The notes: a model not told the origin generated them from the letters alone. 64,000 bases of DNA from an uncultured delta proteobacterium (GCA_963814585.1 CAWFDF010000008.1:512001-576000), one strand, 5' to 3'. Positions 39,829 through 50,146 are shown, counted from the stretch's first letter. Numbers and translations are program-made.

Positions 39829-40857
39829 TCAGGGCACCAGCACCACCTTGCCGAACAGGGCCCGGTCGGCGAGGAGTTCCTGCGCCCTCACCACCTCGGC
39901 GAGCGGCAGCACCCGGGCCACCACCGGCCTCAGCTTCCCCTGCCCGACGAAGGCCAGCACCTGGAGGAGGTCGGCGGCCGTGCCCATGGTCGAGCCGAGG
40001 ATGGAGAGCTGCCGGAAGAAGACGTGGCGCAGGTCGGTGAGCGGGTCGAAGCCGGTGGTGGCGCCGACCGTGACGATCCGGCCCCCGACGCCGGCCGCCA
40101 GCAGGCTCTTCTCCCAGGTGGTCTTGCCGACGTGCTCGAAGACCACGTCCACCCCCTGCTTGCCGGTGAGCCGCTTCACCTCGGCCAGGAAGTCCTGTGA
40201 CTCGTAGTTGATGACCTCGTCGGCGCCGAGGGCCCGGGCCTTCTCCAGCTTGGCGTCGGAGCCGGCGGTGGCGATGACGCGGGCACCCAGCAGCCGCGCG
40301 ATCTGCACCGCCGCCACGCCCACCCCCGATCCGGCGGCGTGGACCAGGATGGTCTCGCCGGGGCGCAGCGCCGCGCGCACCGCCAGCGCGTGCCAGGCGG
40401 TCATGAAGGTGAGCGGGACCGCGGCCGCCTCCTCGAAGGAGAGGTTCGCCGGCTTGGCGCAGAGGTTCCGCGCCGGCACCTCGAGCCGGGTGGCCTGGCC
40501 GCCGGAGACGTGCTCCCCGAGGATGACGAAGTGCCGGCAGAGGTTCTCACGGCCGGACAGGCAGCGCTCGCAGCGGGTGCACCCGATCGACGGGTTGATC
40601 ACCACCTCGTCCCCGGCCCTCCAGCCGGTGACCCCTGGACCGACGGTCTCGACCACCCCGGCCACGTCGGAGCCGAGCACGTGGGGGAAGGCCAGCCTGA
40701 GGCCCGGCCAGCCCTTGCGGACCCAGAGGTCGAGGTGGTTGAGCGCGGCGGCTCGCACCGCCACCACCACGTTTCCGGGGCGCGCCGCCGGATCCGGCAG
40801 CTCGAGCAGCTCGACGACCTCGGGACCACCGTGGGCTCGGATGGCTGCGGCCTTCAT
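39829..40857 (-). CDS. Zinc-binding MDR dehydrogenase / quinone oxidoreductase
   Basis: ALNHLD, LGSDVAG, CTRCERC...C, AAGSGVG, FGKVVL. Confidence 0.92.
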   Translation of the reverse strand: MKAAAIRAHGGPEVVELLELPDPAARPGNVVVAVRAAALNHLDLWVRKGWPGLRLAFPHVLGSDVAGVVETVGPGVTGWRAGDEVVINPSIGCTRCERCLSGRENLCRHFVILGEHVSGGQATRLEVPARNLCAKPANLSFEEAAAVPLTFMTAWHALAVRAALRPGETILVHAAGSGVGVAAVQIARLLGARVIATAGSDAKLEKARALGADEVINYESQDFLAEVKRLTGKQGVDVVFEHVGKTTWEKSLLAAGVGGRIVTVGATTGFDPLTDLRHVFFRQLSILGSTMGTAADLLQVLAFVGQGKLRPVVARVLPLAEVVRAQELLADRALFGKVVLVP

Positions 40858-41011
40858 GCGGACCTCCCCGCGGGTGCCCGACGAGCCTATGCCGGCGGGC
40901 GGCCCCGTGCCAGCGGCCCTCGGGCCGGCCGGCGGGTCCAGCTGGAAGCCCAGCCGGGGACGCTGGCCAGGTCGGGTTGCGCGAGCGGCCCCGCGCCGCT
41001 AAGCGAGCGGC

Positions 41012-41500
41012 ATGACCACCGCGCTCCTCGCCCTCGTGCTCGCCGCCGGCCTCAAGGCCGGCGACCAGGCTCCTGACTTCACGCTCCCCGACACCGAAGG
41101 GAAGCCGGTCACCCTCTCCAGGCTGCTCGAGCAGGGGCCGGTCATCCTGGCCTTCTACCCGAAGGCCTTCACCTCCGGCTGCACCAAGCAGAACTCCAAC
41201 TTCCGCGACAAGTACGCCGAGGTGGAGAAGAAGGGGGCGCAGGTGGTCGGCATCTCCACCGACGACGTGGCCACGCAGAAGAAGTTCAAGGCCGAGTACA
41301 AGCTCCCCTACCCCTTGCTGGCCGACGAGGGCGGCAAGGTGGCCAGCCTGTACACCGGCACCATGCCGGTGGTCGGCTACGCCAGCCGCTCCAACGTGGT
41401 CATCGGCCAGGACGGGAAGGTGGTGAAGATCGTCGAGGGGAGCGACGCCATCGACCCCAACGGCGCCATCGCGCTGTGCCCGCTCCGGAAGAAGGGGTAG
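41012..41500 (+). CDS. bcp: Peroxiredoxin BCP/PrxQ with short signal-like N-terminus
   Basis: [25 protein letters not shown]. Confidence 0.85.
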   Translation: MTTALLALVLAAGLKAGDQAPDFTLPDTEGKPVTLSRLLEQGPVILAFYPKAFTSGCTKQNSNFRDKYAEVEKKGAQVVGISTDDVATQKKFKAEYKLPYPLLADEGGKVASLYTGTMPVVGYASRSNVVIGQDGKVVKIVEGSDAIDPNGAIALCPLRKKG

Positions 41501-41524
41501 GCCGGCTCCGCCCGGGCTCTTCGG

Positions 41525-42439
41525 CTAGTTCCGCTCCTGCTCGCCGGCCACGGCGCGGACCACCTCGGCCTCGCCGCCGTCGGTGGCGAGCCGGGTGCCG
41601 GTGGCCCAGTGGGCCCGCCTGAGGTAGCCGAGCCCGAGCCGGCCCTCCGGCGTGGTCGCCGCGCTGGTGACGGCGCCGACCTCGGCGCCGGCGGCGCAGA
41701 GGCGGCTCCCCGGCCCGGCCCCTTCGGGCAGCCGCAGCTGCACCAGCCCGCGCTGGATCTGCCCGCGCGAGGTGGCCCGGACCACCACCTCCTGCCCCGG
41801 GTAGCACCCCTTGGTGAAGCTGACGGCGTCGGCGGTCAGCCCCGCCTCCATGGGCAGCCTGGAGCCGTCCAGCTCGGCCCCCCAGCGCCCCACGCCGCCG
41901 GCGATCCGCAGCGCCTCGAGGTCGGCCTCCTCGAGCGGGGCCGCGCCGCCGGCCACCAGCCCGGCGCGCAGGGCCTCGGCCCGCTCGGCCGGCACCAGCA
42001 GGTCCAGGGCCAGCGCCCCGCGCCGCTTGTTCACCCAGCGCGGCAGGCCGGCGCCGGCGCCCTCGGCGGCCGCAGCCGCGCCCGGGCCGAGCAGCGGCAG
42101 GACGCGCCACGCCGTCGAGCGATCCTCGACGGTGACGTCGTCCATGATGATCATCTTCTCGAGCAGGGCGCGAAACGCCGGCGCCGCCTCCGGATCGACG
42201 TCGAGCAGGATGCCGTCGGGCAGGATGAGCAGCTGCCCCTCGGCCACCAGGTGGCCCTTGGCCGTGAGCAGCGCGAAGTGGGCGGCGCCGCCGGGCGGCA
42301 GGGCGCGAACCTCCTGCGTCAGCATGCGGTGCAGGTAGGCGCGGGCATCGGGGCCGCCGGCGTGGAGCAGGGTGCGGGGTCGGATCGGCCCCACCGCGAG
42401 CCCGCCGTGAGCGGCCCGGAAGTTCTCGAGGAGCGTCAT
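41525..42439 (-). CDS. ygfZ: Folate-binding Fe-S repair protein YgfZ/GcvT family
   Basis: SFTKGCYPGQE signature. Confidence 0.9.
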   Translation of the reverse strand: MTLLENFRAAHGGLAVGPIRPRTLLHAGGPDARAYLHRMLTQEVRALPPGGAAHFALLTAKGHLVAEGQLLILPDGILLDVDPEAAPAFRALLEKMIIMDDVTVEDRSTAWRVLPLLGPGAAAAAEGAGAGLPRWVNKRRGALALDLLVPAERAEALRAGLVAGGAAPLEEADLEALRIAGGVGRWGAELDGSRLPMEAGLTADAVSFTKGCYPGQEVVVRATSRGQIQRGLVQLRLPEGAGPGSRLCAAGAEVGAVTSAATTPEGRLGLGYLRRAHWATGTRLATDGGEAEVVRAVAGEQERN

Positions 42440-43374
42440 CGAGGGGGAAGATAACGGCGCCCCCACGCCGCCACAACCGCACCGACGGCCTCCCCCCGCT
42501 GCGCCAGCAGCACCCCCGACAGGACCATCGCGCCGCCGGCCACCAGGCCGGCGCCCAGCGGGTCGCCGAGCAGGGCCCAGGCCAGCGGCGCGGTCAGGAC
42601 CGGCTGCAGATTGGACCAGACGGCCACGCGGCTGGCCTCGGCCCGGCGCAGGGCCCAGTAATAGAGCAGGTAGGAGACGACGCTGGTGACGACCACCAGG
42701 TAGGCGAGGCTCCCCCACCCGGCCGGCGAGAGCCGCTGGAAGGACGCCGCGCCGGAGAGGGCGACTCCGAACGGGAGGTAGACGAGGGTGCCGATGATCA
42801 CCGCCACCCCGGTGGAGACCAGCGCGCCGTGGCGCTCGGCGTACCGCTTGCCACCCACGGCGAAGACCGCCCACGCCACCACCGCCAGCAGCACCAGCAG
42901 GTCGCCCCGCAAGGTCCCGCCGGCGGCCAGGGAGGAGCCGCTCGAGGCGATGACCACCGCCACGCCGGCGAAGGCCAGCGAGATGCCGCCCAGCTTGGGA
43001 AGCGTGGCCGGCTCGGCCAGCTGCCAGCGGGCCAGCAAGAAGACGAAGATGGGGGTGAGCGCGTAGAGCAGCGCGGCGTGGGCGGGCGACGTGTGGGCCA
43101 GCCCGGCCAGGAAGAACCCTTGGTTGATGGGGATGGCCACCACGCCCAGCGCCGCCAGCCCGAGCAGGTCGCGGCGCGGGATCCTGATCTTCGTCCGCGC
43201 CAGCAGGCCCGCGTAGCAGAGAGCGGCGAGGACGAACCGGGCCAGCGCCACCTCCCAGGGCGAGAGCTCGCCCAGCACCCGCTTGGCGGCGAGGTAGGTC
43301 CCGGCCGAGAGGACCGAGTGGAGGAGCATGACCAGGTGGACGGCCACGAGGGGGCGAACCCTACTGCCCTTCAC
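42436..43374 (-). CDS. DMT (EamA) family transporter
   Basis: About 10 hydrophobic helices, ALTPIF and NLQPV repeats. Confidence 0.9.
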   Translation of the reverse strand: MKGSRVRPLVAVHLVMLLHSVLSAGTYLAAKRVLGELSPWEVALARFVLAALCYAGLLARTKIRIPRRDLLGLAALGVVAIPINQGFFLAGLAHTSPAHAALLYALTPIFVFLLARWQLAEPATLPKLGGISLAFAGVAVVIASSGSSLAAGGTLRGDLLVLLAVVAWAVFAVGGKRYAERHGALVSTGVAVIIGTLVYLPFGVALSGAASFQRLSPAGWGSLAYLVVVTSVVSYLLYYWALRRAEASRVAVWSNLQPVLTAPLAWALLGDPLGAGLVAGGAMVLSGVLLAQRGEAVGAVVAAWGRRYLPPR

Positions 43375-44392
43375 CGAGCCTGGCCATGGCCCAGGCCGCC
43401 GCGGCGCGCACCCCGTCGTGGGGGCTCTGCGCCCAGGCGGCGACCAGCGGCCGCCAGCGCGCCTCGCCGGTGCCGCCGGCCACCAGCAGCGCGTTGCGCA
43501 CCAGGCCGTCGAAGCGGGCCCGCGCCAGCGCGGTGCCGTGGAAGCGCCGGGCGTACCCGGCCTCGGTGAGCCGGAGCAGCGCCTCGATGGGGAGCGCCGC
43601 CTGCCCGTCGCGCGGCCGGAGCTCCGGGTCCGAGCCGGGCGCCACCGCGCCGTTCCACGGGCAGCAGGTCTGGCAGTCGTCACAGCCGAAGACGTGCTTC
43701 CCCAGCCGCTCCGCCATCGCCGGCGGGATGGCCCCGCGCCGCTCGATGGTCCAGAAGGAGAGGCAGCGGCGGGCGTCCACGAAGCCGGGCTCGGGGATGG
43801 CGCCGGTCGGACAGGCCGGCAGGCAGGCCTGGCAGGCACCGCAGCGCTCCTGGTGCGGCGCGTCGGGCTCCAGCTCCCGGTCGAGGAGCAGCGTCGCCAG
43901 CAGCACCCAGGAGCCGTGGCGTGGCGTGATGAGGCAGCCGTTCTTGCCGATCCAGCCCAGGCCGGCGCGCTGCGCCCAGGCCTTCTCCATGATGGGGGCG
44001 ACGTCGGAGGTGGCCAGGCAGCGCAGGCCCGGGTCCCGCGCGGCCAGCTCGGCCGCGAGCCCCTTCAACCTCCGCTTCATCACCGCGTGGTAGTCGCGGC
44101 CGCGGGCGTAGCGCGCCACCTCCCCCTGGTCCGGCAAGGGCGGGGGCGGCTCGGCATCGCGGTAGGAGAGCGCCAGCGCCACCACGCTGCGCACGCCGGG
44201 GAGGAGCCGGGCCGGGTCGAGCCGCTCGGCCCGCTGGGTCCGCAGCCACGCCATGTCGGCCTCCCAGCCCTCGGCCAGGACCCGGTCGAGGGCGGAGGCC
44301 TCGAGCGGCCCGGCCCGGGCCACGCCCACCTCGTGGAACCCGGCCTGGAGGGCCGCCGCCTTGACGAAGGCGCTGTCGAGCGGCGTGGCCAC
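43361..44392 (-). CDS. queG: tRNA epoxyqueuosine(34) reductase
   Basis: ARYARGRDYH, GLGWIGKN, CGACQACLPACPTGA, DARRC, FGCDDCQTCCPWN. Confidence 0.95.
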   Translation of the reverse strand: MATPLDSAFVKAAALQAGFHEVGVARAGPLEASALDRVLAEGWEADMAWLRTQRAERLDPARLLPGVRSVVALALSYRDAEPPPPLPDQGEVARYARGRDYHAVMKRRLKGLAAELAARDPGLRCLATSDVAPIMEKAWAQRAGLGWIGKNGCLITPRHGSWVLLATLLLDRELEPDAPHQERCGACQACLPACPTGAIPEPGFVDARRCLSFWTIERRGAIPPAMAERLGKHVFGCDDCQTCCPWNGAVAPGSDPELRPRDGQAALPIEALLRLTEAGYARRFHGTALARARFDGLVRNALLVAGGTGEARWRPLVAAWAQSPHDGVRAAAAWAMARLGEGQ

Positions 44393-44465
44393 GGCGGCGC
44401 ACTCTAGCACCCCGAACCCGGCCAAAAACTCGACGCGATCGATATCGCCCCTAGCATGGCCAGCC

Positions 44466-45323
44466 ATGGCACGAAGGCTCGATCTCCACGCATGGGACCG
44501 CCTCCCCGGGACCGCCCAGCGCGGCCCCGGCTGGGCGCTGGCGCAGGGCGATTGCCTGGCGTCGCTCGAGAGGCTCCCCCCGCACTCGGTCGACCTCTGC
44601 TTCGCCGATCCGCCCTACATGCTCTCCAACGGCGGGACCTCCTGCCAGTCGGGCCGGCGCGTCTCGGTCGACAAGGGGAGCTGGGACGTGTCGCGCGGCG
44701 TGCAGGGCGACCACGCCTTCCAGGCCGGGTGGTTGAAGGCGGTCCGCCGCGTCCTCAAGCCCTCCGGCACGCTCTGGGTCTCGGGCACCCAGCACGTCAT
44801 CTTCTCGATCGGCTTCGCCATGCAGGAGCTCGGCTACCACCTGCTCAACACCGTCACCTGGTACAAGCCCAACGCCTCGCCCAACCTGGCCTGCCGGATG
44901 TTCACGCACTCCACCGAGATCCTGCTGTGGGCCAGCCCCGCCAGGTCGAAGCCGCTGGCCCACCGCTTCAACTACCGGGCGATGAAGCAGGAGAACGGCG
45001 GCAAGCAGATGCGCGACCTCTGGGCCATCACCGAGCAGCCGGTGCCGGGCGGTGAGCAGGTGGTCTGGCCGCTGCCGACGCCGAGCCCGCGAGAGAAGAC
45101 GCACGGGCGCCACCCCACGCAGAAGCCCATCGCCCTGCTCGACCGGGTGGTGGCCGCCAGCGCCCAGCCCGGCGACCTGGTGCTCGACCCCTTCTGCGGC
45201 TCCGGGACCACCGGCGTGGCGGCCGTCCGGGCCGGCTGCCGCTTCCTCGGCCTGGAACGTGACGGGGAGTACGTCGACCTGGCGGCCCGCCGTCTCCGCG
45301 CCACCGAGCCCGGGGCGCGTTGA
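44466..45323 (+). CDS. Orphan beta-class DNA methyltransferase (N6-A or N4-C)
   Basis: FADPPY, HPTQKP, VLDPFCGSGTT in beta order; no adjacent restriction endonuclease. Confidence 0.9.
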   Translation: MARRLDLHAWDRLPGTAQRGPGWALAQGDCLASLERLPPHSVDLCFADPPYMLSNGGTSCQSGRRVSVDKGSWDVSRGVQGDHAFQAGWLKAVRRVLKPSGTLWVSGTQHVIFSIGFAMQELGYHLLNTVTWYKPNASPNLACRMFTHSTEILLWASPARSKPLAHRFNYRAMKQENGGKQMRDLWAITEQPVPGGEQVVWPLPTPSPREKTHGRHPTQKPIALLDRVVAASAQPGDLVLDPFCGSGTTGVAAVRAGCRFLGLERDGEYVDLAARRLRATEPGAR

Positions 45324-45389
45324 GCCGCCGGTCCCCGGCCCCCGCGCCGGCGCTTCCCCGCCCCCGGCCCGCGTGGTACAGCCACTCGC

Positions 45390-46438
45390 GTGAGAGGCCA
45401 GCCCCCCCGCCATCCCGATGATCCGAAGGCGGAGCTCTCCGAGCTGGAGGGGACCATCGCCGACGCCTCGGCGCTGCAGCCCGGCGATCGGCTGGTGTAC
45501 CCGGCGCAGGGCGTCTGCGTCGTGGTCGGCCCGGAGATCCAGGAGATCGCCGGCCAGCGGCTCGAGATGGTCCGGATGCGGCGCGAGGAGGACGGCGCCG
45601 CGGTCCTCGTCCCGCGCGGCAAGGTCGCCTCCGTCGGGCTGCGCCGGGTCGCCTCGGCCGAGCTCATGGAGGGGGTCTTCCACTACCTCGCCGCCGACCT
45701 CGCCGACCCCGAGCTCAACTGGAAGATCCGCCACCGGGACAACGCCGACAGGATGGTGGCGGGTGGCGTCCTCGGCATCGCCGAGGTGGTCAAGGGGCTC
45801 CACGCCCTCTCCCGCCTCCGGCCACTCCCCACCAAGGAGCGCGGCCAGTTCGACAACGCCCGCCACCTGCTGGTCGCCGAGGTGGCCGCCTCGCTCGGCG
45901 TGCTGCCCGGCCTGGCCGAGGACTTCGTCGACTTCGCCTTGATGCCGCCGGCCGGCACCCGCTTCAAGCTGAAGCCGCCGCCCAAGCCGATCCTGCTGCC
46001 GAGCCGCCCGCCGCGCCGCCGCATCGTGGTCGAGGAGGAGGGTGACGGGCTCGATGACCTCGGGCTCGAGGAGCTGGGGATCGAGGGGCTCGGCGAGGAG
46101 GCCGTCGGCGAAGGCGCGGCCGAGGCGACCGGCGACGGCACCGGGGCCGAGCCCGGTGAGGAGGCGGCCGTGGCCGCCCCGCCCGCGCCGACTCCGCTCA
46201 AGCTGGTGCCGGCGCTGGCGGCCGCGGTGAAGGCCGCGGCCGGCTCGGCGGTGGCACGGACGGCGCCGAAGAAGCTCCCGGCACCGAGGAAGTCGGCACG
46301 GCCGGCCGGCAAGAAGGCCGGCGGCAAGAAGGCCGGCAAGGCCGCTGGCAGACCCGCCAGCAAGACCGCGGCCAGGAAGAAGGCCAGCGGCAGGGCGGCC
46401 GGCAAGCCGGCCGCCACGAGGGGGGGAAGAAGAAGTGA
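45390..46438 (+). CDS. carD: CarD global regulator (CarD/TRCF N-domain, acidic linker, K/A-rich histone H1-like tail); stop restored by +1 G in the G7 run at 46420-46426
   Basis: LQPGDRLVYPAQGVC..., VGLRRV; acidic EEEGDGLDDLGLEE; KKA-rich tail; directly upstream of carG. Confidence 0.85.
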
Positions 46439-46977
46439 TCCGGCTCGCCACCCTCGCCCCGCTCGACCCCGCCGACACCGTCGCGCTGGTGAAGTCGCTT
46501 CGCGCCACCTTCGGCCTCGGCACCGAGCACGCCGGCGAGCTCCGCCTGCCGAAGGGCGGCGCCAAGGACGGCTCCTGGGACGCCGCCGAGCTCCTCGCCG
46601 CCGCCGGACCGGTCCGGGCCGTGGCGGACGACAAGATCCTCTTCATCACCGAGGCACCGCTCTCACTGGCCGCCGGACCGCTCGGCGCTCCTCCCAGCTG
46701 GGGCTTCGCCCACTACGGCGGGGACCGCGCCATCCTGACCCTGGCCCGGCTCCCATCGCGCGGCGTGACCGAGGCCTCGATCGAGGCCTGGCGCCGCCGC
46801 CTGGCGCGCGAGGCGGTGCACGTCATCGGCCACCTCTGGGACCTCCACCACTGCTACGACGCCCGCTGCGCCATGCACCCGTCGTGGTCGCCGCACCTCG
46901 GGCCGACGCCCGACTCCAGCCTCTGCACCTTCTGCCGCGAGAAGAGCGAGCGGAAGATCCGGCTCGCCAAGACCTGA
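46435..46977 (+). CDS. carG: CarG, non-proteolytic zinc-bound archaemetzincin-like partner of CarD
   Basis: H-V-x2-H-x2-D-x2-HC-x4-C-x-M-x16-C-x2-C with no catalytic Glu; follows carD. Confidence 0.85.
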   Translation: MIRLATLAPLDPADTVALVKSLRATFGLGTEHAGELRLPKGGAKDGSWDAAELLAAAGPVRAVADDKILFITEAPLSLAAGPLGAPPSWGFAHYGGDRAILTLARLPSRGVTEASIEAWRRRLAREAVHVIGHLWDLHHCYDARCAMHPSWSPHLGPTPDSSLCTFCREKSERKIRLAKT

Positions 46978-46986
46978 TCCGCGTCC

Positions 46987-47883
46987 ATGGCGGCACGCCA
47001 TCTCGCCGAGCTCCTGGCCCACCTGCGCGACGACCTGCGGTCGCAGGTTCGCGGCTGGGGGGGGAGTGGGCGCGAGTGGCTGCGGCGGACCCCGGCGGCG
47101 CGAGCACCCCGACGCCAGCTCGCGGCCCAGGGGCTCGCGATCGGGCTCGGCGTGCTGGGACTCGCCTCGCTCGACGCCCGGGAGCGTCTCGCCGATCGCC
47201 TCCCCACCTCGCGCGACTGGCGCGCCCTCACGGCGCTGCTGGAGCGCGACGCCCGGCCCGGCGACCTGGTCGCCATTCTGCCGCCGTGGCTGGAGCGGGC
47301 CCGCGCCCACGTGCCGTCTCGCCTGCCGGTGCTGGCCACCAGCGCCCTCGACGCCGAGTGGCTCCCCGGCGTCCGGCGGGTCTGGCTGGTGGCGGCGAGC
47401 GCGGTCACCACGGCCGGTCCGCGGCCCCCGCTGGAGGGCCGCGTCGCGGTCACCGACGCTCAGCAGGTCGGACGGCTGCGGGTGACCCGTCTCGAGCTGG
47501 CCGCGCCGGTGCTCCCGGTCGCCTCGCTGGCGGAGCGGGGCGGCACGGAGGCCCGCTGGCGCGAGGTCCACGGCATCCCGCGCCGCTGCCTGGAGCTGGC
47601 CGGCGGGTCCGGCACGCCGGCCAGCCTGAGCTGGCCGCGCCTCGTGCTCGGCAGCGCCCTGGCCGGCCACGCGGCCCTGCTGCCGGCGTCGGCCGGCCGG
47701 GCCAGCCTGCGGTTCCGCCTCGACGACGGCCCGCCCGTGACGATCGAGGTGACTTCGCGCGGCGGCTGGCAGCCCTTCCGGATCGACACGGTTCGCTTCG
47801 CCGCCACGTCACGATCCGTGACGGTCGAGGCGGAGACGCCACCCGGCGCCGCCCTCTGCATCGAGGCGCTGGTCCTGCCATGA
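46987..47883 (+). CDS. Hypothetical membrane-anchored protein
   Basis: One TM helix; ATGA overlap with the next gene. Confidence 0.55.
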   Translation: MAARHLAELLAHLRDDLRSQVRGWGGSGREWLRRTPAARAPRRQLAAQGLAIGLGVLGLASLDARERLADRLPTSRDWRALTALLERDARPGDLVAILPPWLERARAHVPSRLPVLATSALDAEWLPGVRRVWLVAASAVTTAGPRPPLEGRVAVTDAQQVGRLRVTRLELAAPVLPVASLAERGGTEARWREVHGIPRRCLELAGGSGTPASLSWPRLVLGSALAGHAALLPASAGRASLRFRLDDGPPVTIEVTSRGGWQPFRIDTVRFAATSRSVTVEAETPPGAALCIEALVLP

Positions 47884-49475
47884 TCGGGCGCGGCCGCATC
47901 GCCCTCGGCTGGGGCGCCGTGGCCTTCGCCGCGAGCCTGGCGCTCTCCGGCGCCCCGGGCATCTCGACCGGCGAGGCGGCCATGCAGTCGGCCGGCATCC
48001 GGGTCGCCGGGTGGCTGGTGGCGGCGCCTCGCCACCCGGCCGGGAGCCTCGGGGGCCTGTCCGAGATCTCCTCGGAGCGTGGGCGGCCGCTGCTGGCCGA
48101 GACGTTCCATGGCTTCGCCGGCGCCGGCGGCGAGCGGCTCGGGCTCGGCCCCATCCGCGGGCCGCGGCTGGGCGCGGCGCTGGTGGCCGGCGTGCTCGCC
48201 GCCGCGCTGGCGATGGGCGGCTTCGCGCTCGGCGGCGCGCCGGCGGCGTTGCTGGCGCCGGCGATCTTCTGGTTCACGCCCCGCACCCTCTCGCTCGGCC
48301 TGCTCGCCACGCCCGACCTGCTCGGCGCCTTGCTGTGGCTGGTCGCGGTGCAAGCCTTCGGCCGCGCGCTCTCGGAGACCACGCGCCTGGCCCGGACCCG
48401 CGCCGGCCTCTGGTGCGGCTGCCTCTGCGCCGCCGCCGCCGCCGTGAGGCCGGACCTCGCGGCGCTCTGGCTGGTGCTGGTCGCCCACTGGGGCCTGGGG
48501 CGGCTCCACCTGGGCTGGCTGGCCCGCCACAACCACCCCACCCCCGAGCCAGCTGGCGACTGGGCCGCCCGGCTCCGGCGAGTCCCGACGGCCATCGGGG
48601 CGGCGCTCCTGCTCATCCCGGCGGCGGTGCTGGCCTGCTGGCCGAGCCACTGGAGCGCGCCGCTCCATGGCGCCGGGGCGCTGCTGGCGACCGCCGGCTG
48701 GGGCCTGCCCCCGCCCCTCGTCAACCCGGCGCTCCTCGCCCTGGCCGCCCTGCCGGCGCCGACCGTGGCCCTGCTGGCGCTCGGGGCCGGCCACGCCGCG
48801 CTCCGGTTGTCACGGGCCCTGCGACGCCGTGACGGCACGGTGGCCTGGCAGGAGACGCTCTGGCTGCTGGCCGGGCTGATCCCGCTCCTGCTCGCTGCCG
48901 TCGGCGTCTCCCCGCGGCTCCCGGGGCTGGCGCCGGTGGTCCAGGCGCTGCCGCCGCTGGCGCTGCTCTCGGCCCGGGCGCTGGGGTCGCTGGCGGAGGC
49001 CGCCTGGCCGGCGCGGCGGCTGGCCCTGACCGGCACGCTGGCCATCTTTGTCGTCTACCCCGGGCTCCGGGCCACGGCGACCACCTTCCCGAACGGAGCT
49101 TCGGCCTGGGGCGAGCCGCTCGGAGGTGCCGCCGGGGCGGCGTGGCGTGGCTGGCCTCCCCAGGACGGCGGCGAGGCGGTGCGCGGCCTGCTGGAGGCCC
49201 TGACGCTCCACGCGGTGCCGGGGGCCCGGATCCGCTGGATCGGCGCAGCCCCCTTCGCCATCGAGCGGTACCGGCGGGCGGGGCTGCTGCGCGCCGACCT
49301 GGTCGACGCCACCTCCGTGGCCGAGGCCGATCTGGCGGTGGTGGCGCGCGGCGGCGCTCGGGACGAGGAGTACGAGGCCTGGACCGCCTTCGGCGCCACG
49401 CGGGTCGTCGACGGCCTCTTCCTCGACGAGGTAGCGCTGGTCCTGATCCAGGCCCGACCCGGGGCCTGGCGCTGA
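47880..49475 (+). CDS. Multi-pass membrane protein, GT-C (ArnT/PMT-like) glycosyltransferase-like
   Basis: Many TM helices; divergent GT-C-like layout; weak motif support. Confidence 0.55.
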   Translation: MIGRGRIALGWGAVAFAASLALSGAPGISTGEAAMQSAGIRVAGWLVAAPRHPAGSLGGLSEISSERGRPLLAETFHGFAGAGGERLGLGPIRGPRLGAALVAGVLAAALAMGGFALGGAPAALLAPAIFWFTPRTLSLGLLATPDLLGALLWLVAVQAFGRALSETTRLARTRAGLWCGCLCAAAAAVRPDLAALWLVLVAHWGLGRLHLGWLARHNHPTPEPAGDWAARLRRVPTAIGAALLLIPAAVLACWPSHWSAPLHGAGALLATAGWGLPPPLVNPALLALAALPAPTVALLALGAGHAALRLSRALRRRDGTVAWQETLWLLAGLIPLLLAAVGVSPRLPGLAPVVQALPPLALLSARALGSLAEAAWPARRLALTGTLAIFVVYPGLRATATTFPNGASAWGEPLGGAAGAAWRGWPPQDGGEAVRGLLEALTLHAVPGARIRWIGAAPFAIERYRRAGLLRADLVDATSVAEADLAVVARGGARDEEYEAWTAFGATRVVDGLFLDEVALVLIQARPGAWR

Positions 49476-49576
49476 GGCGCCGCCCTCCTGTTCCCCGGTG
49501 GCGGCTGCTAGGATGCGCCACGGCGCTGGCGCTCGCCGGGGTGTGGTCGGCGATCGGCACGGCCGAGAGGTGACAC

Positions 49577-50023
49577 GTGATCCTGCTGCTCTCGCTCGGC
49601 AACGGCTCTCGCGGCGACGATGGCGTCGGCCTGGCGCTCGGGCGCGCCCTGGTGGCGCGGATGCCGCCCGGCTCGCACATGATGGTGGAGGCGGTGCAGC
49701 TGCAGCCCGAGCACGCCGAGCAGGCGGCGCGCGCCGACGCGGTGGTCTTCCTCGACGCGGCGGTCTCCGGGGCACCGGGCGAGGTCCGCGCCAACCAGGT
49801 CACCTCCCGCGCGCCGCGAGCCGCGCTGCTCCACGCCCTGACCCCGGAGGAGATCCTCGGGCTGGCGCGCACCACCTACGGGAACGCGCCGCAGGGGCTG
49901 CTGGTCACGGTGGGCGGCAAGGACTTCTCCTTCGTCGAGCGGCTCTCGACCGAGGCGGAGGCGGCGCTGCCGGAGGCGGTGGAGAAGGCGCTGTCCTGGC
50001 TGGCGCCGTACCTGGCGCGGTAG
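49577..50023 (+). CDS. Hydrogenase maturation protease
   Basis: LSLGNGSRGDDGVG, QLQPE, VVFLDA, HALTP. Confidence 0.85.
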   Translation: MILLLSLGNGSRGDDGVGLALGRALVARMPPGSHMMVEAVQLQPEHAEQAARADAVVFLDAAVSGAPGEVRANQVTSRAPRAALLHALTPEEILGLARTTYGNAPQGLLVTVGGKDFSFVERLSTEAEAALPEAVEKALSWLAPYLAR

Positions 50024-50093
50024 AGGCGCGCCCCAGGCACACCCCTTTCGGCGCATGCGTTCCGGTTCGCCCTTCGGCGGCAGGGGACGCGGC

Positions 50094-50121
50094 TTGACGA
50101 TGTCCTTCCCGGTCATATGTT
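50094..50121 (+). promoter_or_regulatory. Putative sigma70 promoter of ssrA
   Basis: TTGACG-16 nt-TATGTT about 25 nt upstream of the mature tmRNA 5' end. Confidence 0.5.
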
Positions 50122-50146
50122 GGTATGTGATGCCGCAGTTCGTCAT

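Noticed and set aside
45390..49475. 1361-aa ORF appearing to fuse CarD with a membrane glycosyltransferase-like protein
   Set aside because: The middle is off-frame over carG and the next gene; one extra G in the 46420-46426 run restores the carD stop
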